From: Auanema rhodensis
Lineage: Eukaryota > Animalia > Nematoda
Length of the DNA: 64,000 bases
Assembly: GCA_964057225.1 (NCBI GenBank)
Contig: CAXKVF010000077.1
Span: forward strand, 620,001-684,000
Reading direction: 5' to 3'
Position 1 is the first letter of the stretch, and each line of letters opens with the position of its first letter. The notes beneath the pieces are model-generated. The model made no database searches. It was not told where the DNA came from and saw only the letters and a program-made list of their open reading frames with translations. Below, piece by piece: positions 55,270 to 64,000 of this stretch. The translations under genes were made by a program, and so were the position numbers.

Positions 55270-57027
55270 AATCTAATTTTGAAAACCGCATCTCTTTATC
55301 TTTCACGTGAAGCGAGTTACATACCAAGTGCACATCACGTGTACATTTAATTAGCATAAATTAAAGTTCACGTAGATTTCAAAGTCATGGTTACCATGAA
55401 GCAATATCAATAAAAATTTGTTTTTAGACTAATATGGACATGGGGAATCTAATTTTGAAAACTGCATCTCTTTATCTTTCACGTGAAGCGAGTTACATAC
55501 CAAGTGCACATCACGTGTACATTTAATTAGCATAAATTAAAGTTCACGTAAATTTCAAAGTCATGGTTACCATGCACCAATATCAATAAAAATTCGTTTT
55601 TGACTAATATGGACATGGGGAATCTAATTTTGGAAACCGCATCTCTTTATCTTTCACGTGAAGCGAGTTACATACCAAGTGCACATCACGTGTACATTTA
55701 ATTAGCATAAATTAAAGTTCACGTAAATTTCAAAGTCATGGTTACCATGAACCAATATCAATAAAAATTTGTTTTTAGACTAATATGGACATGGGGAATC
55801 TAATTTTGAAAACCGCATCTCTTTATCTTTCACGTGAAGCGAGTTACATACCAAGTGCACATCACGTGTACATTTAATTAGCATAAATTAAAGTTCACGT
55901 AAATTTCAAAGTCATGGTTACCATGCACCAATATCAATAAAAATTTGTTTTTAGACTAATATGGACATGGGGAATCTAATTTTGAAAACCGCATCTCTTT
56001 ATCTTTCACGTGAAGCGAGTTACATACCAAGTGCACATCACGTGTACATTTAATTAGCATAAATTAAAGTTCACGTAAATTTCAAAGTCATGGTTACCAT
56101 GCACCAATATCAATAAAAATTTGTTTTTAGACTAATATGGACATGGGGAATCTAATTTTGAAAACCGCATCTCTTTATCTTTCACGTGAAGCGAGTTACA
56201 TACCAAGTGCACATCACGTGTACATTTAATTAGCATAAATTAAAGTTCACGTAGATTTCAAAGTCATGGTTACCATGAAGCAATATCAATAAAAATTTGT
56301 TTTTAGACTAATATGGACATGGGGAATCTAATTTTGAAAACTGCATCTCTTTATCTTTCACGTGAAGCGAGTTACATACCAAGTGCACATCACGTGTACA
56401 TTTAATTAGCATAAATTAAAGTTCACGTAAATTTCAAAGTCATGGTTACCATGCACCAATATCAATAAAAATTCGTTTTTGACTAATATGGACATGGGGA
56501 ATCTAATTTTGGAAACCGCATCTCTTTATCTTTCACGTGAAGCGAGTTACATACCAAGTGCACATCACGTGTACATTTAATTAGCATAAATTAAAGTTCA
56601 CGTAAATTTCAAAGTCATGGTTACCATGAACCAATATCAATAAAAATTTGTTTTTAGACTAATATGGACATGGGGAATCTAATTTTGAAAACCGCATCTC
56701 TTTATCTTTCACGTGAAGCGAGTTACATACCAAGTGCACATCACGTGTACATTTAATTAGCATAAATTAAAGTTCACGTAAATTTCAAAGTCATGGTTAC
56801 CATGCACCAATATCAATAAAAATTTGTTTTTAGACTAATATGGACATGGGGAATCTAATTTTGAAAACCGCATCTCTTTATCTTTCACGTGAAGCGAGTT
56901 ACATACCAAGTGCACATCACGTGTACATTTAATTAGCATAAATTAAAGTTCACGTAAATTTCAAAGTCATGGTTACCATGCACCAATATCAATAAAAATT
57001 TGTTTTTAGACTAATATGGACATGGGG
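55270..57027. repeat. 5-monomer (879 bp) tandem duplication including a 1-bp-deleted monomer
   Basis: gtaGatt at 55375 and 56254 (879 = 5x176-1). C18T, T150C, the A157 deletion and A13G recur in the same order. Confidence 0.9.
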
Positions 57028-60000
57028 AATCTAATTTTGAAAACCGCATCTCTTTATCTTTCACGTGAAGCGAGTTACATACCAAGTGCTCATCACGTGT
57101 ACATTTAATTAGCATAAATTAAAGTTCACGTAAATTTCAAAGTCATGGTTACCATGAACCAATATCAATAAAAATTTGTTTTTAGACTAATATGGACATG
57201 GGGAATCTAATTTTGAAAACCGCATCTCTTTATCTTTCACGTGAAGCGAGTTACATACCAAGTGCACATCACGTGTACATTTAATTAGCATAAATTAAAG
57301 TTCACGTAAATTTCAAAGTCATGGTTACCATGCACCAATATCAATAAAAATTTGTTTTTAGACTAATATGGACATGGGGAATCTAATTTTGAAAACCGCA
57401 TCTCTTTATCTTTCACGTGAAGCGAGTTACATACCAAGTGCTCATCACGTGTACATTTAATTAGCATAAATTAAAGTTCACGTAAATTTCAAAGTCATGG
57501 TTACCATGAACCAATATCAATAAAAATTTGTTTTTAGACTAATATGGACATGGGGAATCTAATTTTGAAAACTGCATCTCTTTATCTTTCACGTGAAGCG
57601 AGTTACATACCAAGTGCACATCACGTGTACATTTAATTAGCATAAATTAAAGTTCACGTAAATTTCAAAGTCATGGTTACCATGCACCAATATCAATAAA
57701 AATTCGTTTTTGACTAATATGGACATGGGGAATCTAATTTTGGAAACCGCATCTCTTTATCTTTCACGTGAAGCGAGTTACATACCAAGTGCACATCACG
57801 TGTACATTCAATTAGCATAAGTTAAAGTTCACGTAAATTTCAAATTCATATGGTTACCATGCACCAATATCAATAAAAATTTGTTTTTAGACTAATATGG
57901 ACATGGGGAATCTAATTTTGAAAACCGCATCTCTTTATCTTTCACGTGAAGCGAGTTACATACCAAGTGCACATCACGTGTACATTTAATTAGCATAAAT
58001 TAAAGTTCACGTAAATTTCAAAGTCATGGTTACCATGAAGCAATATCAATAAAAATTTGTTTTTAGACTAATATGGACATGGGGAATCTAATTTTGAAAA
58101 CCGCATCTCTTTATCTTTCACGTGAAGCGAGTTACATACCAAGTGCACATCACGTGTACATTCAATTAGCATAAGTTAAAGTTCACGTAAATTTCAAATT
58201 CATATGGTTACCATGCACCAATATCAATAAAAATTTGTTTTTAGACTAATATGGACATGGGGAATCTAATTTTGAAAACCGCATCTCTTTATCTTTCACG
58301 TGAAGCGAGTTACATACCAAGTGCACATCACGTGTACATTTAATTAGCATAAATTAAAGTTCACGTAAATTTCAAAGTCATGGTTACCATGAAGCAATAT
58401 CAATAAAAATTTGTTTTTAGACTAATATGGACATGGGGAATCTAATTTTGAAAACCGCATCTCTTTATCTTTCACGTGAAGCGAGTTACATACCAAGTGC
58501 ACATCACGTGTACATTTAATTAGCATAAATTAAAGTTCACGTAAATTTCAAAGTCATGGTTACCATGAACCAATATCAATAAAAATTTGTTTTTAGACTA
58601 ATATGGACATGGGGAATCTAATTTTGAAAACCGCATCTCTTTATCTTTCACGTGAAGCGAGTTACATACCAAGTGCACATCACGTGTACATTTAATTAGC
58701 ATAAATTAAAGTTCACGTAAATTTCAAAGTCATGGTTACCATGCACCAATATCAATAAAAATTTGTTTTTAGACTAATATGGACATGGGGAATCTAATTT
58801 TGAAAACCGCATCTCTTTATCTTTCACGTGAAGCGAGTTACATACCAAGTGCTCATCACGTGTACATTTAATTAGCATAAATTAAAGTTCACGTAAATTT
58901 CAAAGTCATGGTTACCATGAACCAATATCAATAAAAATTTGTTTTTAGACTAATATGGACATGGGGAATCTAATTTTGAAAACTGCATCTCTTTATCTTT
59001 CACGTGAAGCGAGTTACATACCAAGTGCACATCACGTGTACATTTAATTAGCATAAATTAAAGTTCACGTAAATTTCAAAGTCATGGTTACCATGAACCA
59101 ATATCAATAAAAATTTGTTTTTAGACTAATATGGACATGGGGAATCTAATTTTTAAAACCGCATCTCTTCATCTTTCACGTGAAGCGAGTTACATACCAA
59201 GTGCACATCACGTGTACATTTAATTAGCATAAATTAAAGTTCACGTAAATTTCAAAGTCATGGTTACCATGCACCAATATCAATAAAAATTTGTTTTTAG
59301 ACTAATATGGACATGGGGAATCTAATTTTGAAAACCGCATCTCTTTATCTTTCACGTGAAGCGAGTTACATACCAAGTGCACATCACGTGTACATTTAAT
59401 TAGCATAAATTAAAGTTCACGTAAATTTCAAAGTCATGGTTACCATGCACCAATATCAATAAAAATTTGTTTTTGACTAATATGGACATGGGGAATCTAA
59501 TTTTGGAAACCGCATCTCTTTATCTTTCACGTGAAGCGAGTTACATACCAAGTGCACATCACGTGTACATTCAATTAGCATAAATTAAAGTTCACGTAAA
59601 TTTCAAATTCATATGGTTACCATGCACCAATATCAATAAAAATTTGTTTTTAGACTAATATGGACATGGGGAATCTAATTTTGAAAACCGCATCTCTTTA
59701 TCTTTCACGTGAAGCGAGTTACATACCAAGTGCACATCACGTGTACATTTAATTAGCATAAATTAAAGTTCACGTAAATTTCAAAGTCATGGTTACCATG
59801 AACCAATATCAATAAAAATTTGTTTTTAGACTAATATGGACATGGGGAATCTAATTTTTAAAACCGCATCTCTTCATCTTTCACGTGAAGCGAGTTACAT
59901 ACCAAGTGCACATCACGTGTACATTTAATTAGCATAAATTAAAGTTCACGTAAATTTCAAAGTCATGGTTACCATGCACCAATATCAATAAAAATTTGTT

Positions 60001-62136
60001 TTTAGACTAATATGGACATGGGGAATCTAATTTTGAAAACCGCATCTCTTTATCTTTCACGTGAAGCGAGTTACATACCAAGTGCACATCACGTGTACAT
60101 TTAATTAGCATAAATTAAAGTTCACGTAAATTTCAAAGTCATGGTTACCATGAACCAATATCAATAAAAATTTGTTTTTAGACTAATATGGACATGGGGA
60201 ATCTAATTTTGAAAACTGCATCTCTTTATCTTTCACGTGAAGCGAGTTACATACCAAGTGCACATCACGTGTACATTTAATTAGCATAAATTAAAGTTCA
60301 CGTAAATTTCAAAGTCATGGTTACCATGAACCAATATCAATAAAAATTTGTTTTTAGACTAATATGGACATGGGGAATCTAATTTTGAAAACCGCATCTC
60401 TTTATCTTTCACGTGAAGCGAGTTACATACCAAGTGCACATCACGTGTACATTTAATTAGCATAAATTAAAGTTCACGTAAATTTCAAAGTCATGGTTAC
60501 CATGAAGCAATATCAATAAAAATTTGTTTTTAGACTAATATGGACATGGGGAATCTAATTTTGAAAACCGCATCTCTTTATCTTTCACGTGAAGCGAGTT
60601 ACATACCAAGTGCACATCACGTGTACATTTAATTAGCATAAATTAAAGTTCACGTAAATTTCAAAGTCATGGTTACCATGCACCAATATCAATAAAAATT
60701 TGTTTTTGACTAATATGGACATGGGGAATCTAATTTTGGAAACCGCATCTCTTTATCTTTCACGTGAAGCGAGTTACATACCAAGTGCACATCACGTGTA
60801 CATTCAATTAGCATAAATTAAAGTTCACGTAAATTTCAAATTCATATGGTTACCATGCACCAATATCAATAAAAATTTGTTTTTAGACTAATATGGACAT
60901 GGGGAATCTAATTTTGAAAACCGCATCTCTTTATCTTTCACGTGAAGCGAGTTACATACCGAATGCACATCACGTGTACATTTAATTAGCATAAATTAAA
61001 GTTCACGTAAATTTCAAAGTCATGGTTACCATGAAGCAATATCAATAAAAATTTGTTTTAAGACTAATATGGACATGGGGAATCTAATTTTGAAAACCGC
61101 ATCTCTTTATCTTTCACGTGAAGCGAGTTACATACCAAGTGCACATCACGTGTACATTTAATTAGCATAAATTAAAGTTCACGTAAATTTCAAAGTCATG
61201 GTTACCATGAACCAATATCAATAAAAATTTGTTTTTAGACTAATATGGACATGGGGAATCTAATTTTGAAAACCGCATCTCTTTATCTTTCACGTGAAGC
61301 GAGTTACATACAAAGTGCACATCACGTGTACATTTAATTAGCATAAATTAAAGTTCACGTAAATTTCAAAGTCATGGTTACCATGAACCAATATCAATAA
61401 AAATTTGTTTTTAGACTAATATGGACATGGGGAATCTAATTTTGAAAACTGCATCTCTTTATCTTTCACGTGAAGCGAGTTACATACCAAGTGCACATCA
61501 CGTGTACATTTAATTAGCATAAATTAAAGTTCACGTAAATTTCAAAGTCATGGTTACCATGAACCAATATCAATAAAAATTTGTTTTTAGACTAATATGG
61601 ACATGGGGAGTCTAATTTTGAAAACCGCATCTCTTCATCTTTCACGTGAAGCGAGTTACATACCAAGTGCACATCACGTGTACATTTAATTAGCATAAAT
61701 TAAAGTTCACGTAAATTTCAAAGTCATGGTTACCATGCACCAATATCAATAAAAATTTGTTTTTAGACTAATATGGACATGGGGAATCTAATTTTGAAAA
61801 CCGCATCTCTTTATCTTTCACGTGAAGCGAGTTACATACCAAGTGCACATCACGTGTACATTTAATTAGCATAAATTAAAGTTCACGTAAATTTCAAAGT
61901 CATGGTTACCATGAACCAATATCAATGAAAATTTGTTTTTAGACTAATATGGACATGGGGAATCTAATTTTGAAAACCGCATCTCTTTATCTTTCACGTG
62001 AAGCGAGTTACATACCAAGTGCACATCACGTGTACATTTGATTAGCATAAATTAAAGTTCACGTAAATTTCAAAGTCATGGTTACCATGAACCAATATCA
62101 ATGAAAATTTGTTTTTAGACTAATATGGACATGGGG

Positions 62137-62180
62137 AATCTAATTTTGAAAATTGTTTTTAGACTAATATGGACATGGGG
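62137..62180 (+). repeat. 44-bp truncated monomer (positions 1-16 fused to 149-176)
   Basis: AATCTAATTTTGAAAA-TTGTTTTTAGACTAATATGGACATGGGG; the next unit starts at 62181. Confidence 0.95.
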
Positions 62181-63236
62181 AATCTAATTTTGAAAACCGC
62201 ATCTCTTTATCTTTCACGTGAAGCGAGTTACATACCAAGTGCACATCACGTGTACATTTAATTAGCATAAATTAAAGTTCACGTAAAATTCAAAGTCATG
62301 GTTACCATGCACCAATATCAATAAAAATTTGTTTTTAGACTAATATGGACATGGGGAATCTAATTTTGAAAACCGCATCTCTTTATCTTTCACGTGAAGC
62401 GAGTTACATACCAAGTGCACATCACGTGTACATTTAATTAGCATAAATTAAAGTTCACGTAAATTTCAAAGTCATGGTTACCATGAACCAATATCAATAA
62501 AAATTTGTTTTTAGACTAATATGGACATGGGGAATCTAATTTTGAAAACTGCATCTCTTTATCTTTCACGTGAAGCGAGTTACATACCAAGTGCACATCA
62601 CGTGTACATTTAATTAGCATAAATTAAAGTTCACGTAAATTTCAAAGTCATGGTTACCATGAACCAATATCAATAAAAATTTGTTTTTAGACTAATATGG
62701 ACATGGGGAGTCTAATTTTGAAAACCGCATCTCTTCATCTTTCACGTGAAGCGAGTTACATACCAAGTGCACATCACGTGTACATTTAATTAGCATAAAT
62801 TAAAGTTCACGTAAATTTCAAAGTCATGGTTACCATGCACCAATATCAATAAAAATTTGTTTTTAGACTAATATGGACATGGGGAATCTAATTTTGAAAA
62901 CCGCATCTCTTTATCTTTCACGTGAAGCGAGTTACATACCAAGTGCACATCACGTGTACATTTAATTAGCATAAATTAAAGTTCACGTAAATTTCAAAGT
63001 CATGGTTACCATGAACCAATATCAATGAAAATTTGTTTTTAGACTAATATGGACATGGGGAATCTAATTTTGAAAACCGCATCTCTTTATCTTTCACGTG
63101 AAGCGAGTTACATACCAAGTGCACATCACGTGTACATTTGATTAGCATAAATTAAAGTTCACGTAAATTTCAAAGTCATGGTTACCATGAACCAATATCA
63201 ATGAAAATTTGTTTTTAGACTAATATGGACATGGGG

Positions 63237-63280
63237 AATCTAATTTTGAAAATTGTTTTTAGACTAATATGGACATGGGG
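63237..63280 (+). repeat. Second identical copy of the 44-bp truncated monomer
   Basis: Same sequence and same flanking variants as 62137-62180. Confidence 0.95.
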
Positions 63281-64000
63281 AATCTAATTTTGAAAACCGC
63301 ATCTCTTTATCTTTCACGTGAAGCGAGTTACATACCAAGTGCACATCACGTGTACATTTAATTAGCATAAATTAAAGTTCACGTAAAATTCAAAGTCATG
63401 GTTACCATGCACAAATATCAATAAAAATTTGTTTTTAGACTAATATGGACATGGGGAATCTAATTTTGAAAACCGCATCTCTTTATCTTTCACGTGAAGC
63501 GAGTTACATACCAAGTGCACATCACGTGTACATTTAATTAGCATAAATTAAAGTTCACGTAAATTTCAAAGTCATGGTTACCATGCACCAATATCAATAA
63601 AAATTTGTTTTTAGACTAATATGGACATGGGGAATCTAATTTTGAAAACCGCATCTCTTTATCTTTCACGTGAAGCGAGTTACATACCAAGTGTACATCA
63701 AGTGTACATTTAATTAGCATAAATTAAAGTTCACGTAAATTTCAAAGTCATGGTTACCATGCACCAATATCAATAAAAATTTGTTTTTAGACTAATATGG
63801 ACATGGGGAATCTAATTTTGAAAACCGCATCTCTTTATCTTTCACGTGAAGCGAGTTACATACCAAGTGTACATCACGTGTACATTTAATTAGCATAAAT
63901 TAAAGTTCACGTAAATTTCAAAGTCATGGTTACCATGAACTAATATCAATAAAAATTTGTTTTTAGACTAATATGGACATGGGGAATCTAATTTTGAAAA

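Larger units (their letters stand above)
61313..63512. repeat. 1100-bp tandem duplication (6 monomers + one 44-bp unit)
   Basis: C18T 61450/62550, ggggaG 61610/62710, A143G 61927/63027, A80G 62040/63140 and the 44-bp unit 62137/63237 all show an offset of 1100. Confidence 0.92.
1..64000. repeat. 176-bp tandem satellite DNA array (~363 monomers, ~32% GC), probably centromeric/pericentromeric; family not recognised
   Basis: AATCTAATTTTGAAAACC recurs at 1, 177, 353 and so on, and phase 176n+1 still holds at 2641, 26401 and 50161. The final unit start 63985 = 363x176 + 8 (net small indels) + 2x44 + 1. Consensus has 56 G+C in 176 bp. The satellite call is direct; the centromeric role is inferred from unit size and homogeneity only. 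Confidence 0.98.

Noticed and set aside
1-64000. Protein-coding repeat gene or any CDS
   Set aside because: The period of 176 is not a multiple of 3, and each monomer has many stop triplets on both strands (TAA/TAG/TGA and TTA/CTA/TCA), leaving only trivial ORFs.
1-64000. CRISPR array or other repeat-spacer/cassette system
   Set aside because: No unique spacers: the only variable segment is 5 bp with six related alleles. No cas, integrase or recombinase gene is in the window.
1-64000. Rolling-circle/concatemer or sequencing artefact
   Set aside because: Variants are linked, regionally confined and repeated in nested blocks, and homopolymer indel noise is absent over 51 kb. That pattern fits real array evolution, although individual perfect duplications still need read support.
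1-64000. A single regular higher-order repeat across the window
   Set aside because: Observed offsets differ by region (2, 4, 5, 10, 11, 14, 19, 25-28, 36 monomers) and most blocks occur only twice.

Overview
The whole 64 kb window is one uninterrupted head-to-tail satellite array on a single strand orientation. By my manual phase count it holds about 363 copies of a 176-bp, ~32% GC monomer, two 44-bp truncated units and a 16-bp partial unit at the end. Consensus: AATCTAATTTTGAAAACCGCATCTCTTTATCTTTCACGTGAAGCGAGTTACATACCAAGTGCACATCACGTGTACATTTAATTAGCATAAATTAAAGTTCACGTAAATTTCAAAGTCATGGTTACCATGAACCAATATCAATAAAAATTTGTTTTTAGACTAATATGGACATGGGG. Monomers usually differ from this by 0-4 substitutions, and there is no net indel until about 51,373. 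I see no genes, RNA genes, transposons, CRISPR spacers, inversions or unique sequence, and no evidence of a novel protein-coding system. The mononucleosome-sized unit, AT richness and high homogeneity fit a eukaryotic centromeric or pericentromeric satellite. That is an inference, and I do not recognise the family or the organism. The informative signal is internal. A six-allele hypervariable 5-bp site sits next to a 15-bp dyad. Three TCACGT/E-box motifs are spaced 32-33 bp apart. Nested higher-order duplications span 4, 5, 6+, 19 and 26-28 monomers. A distinct, indel-bearing domain begins at about 50.5 kb. A 44-bp unit appears to have arisen at a microhomology created by a SNP. All counts and coordinates were read by eye and should be confirmed computationally.
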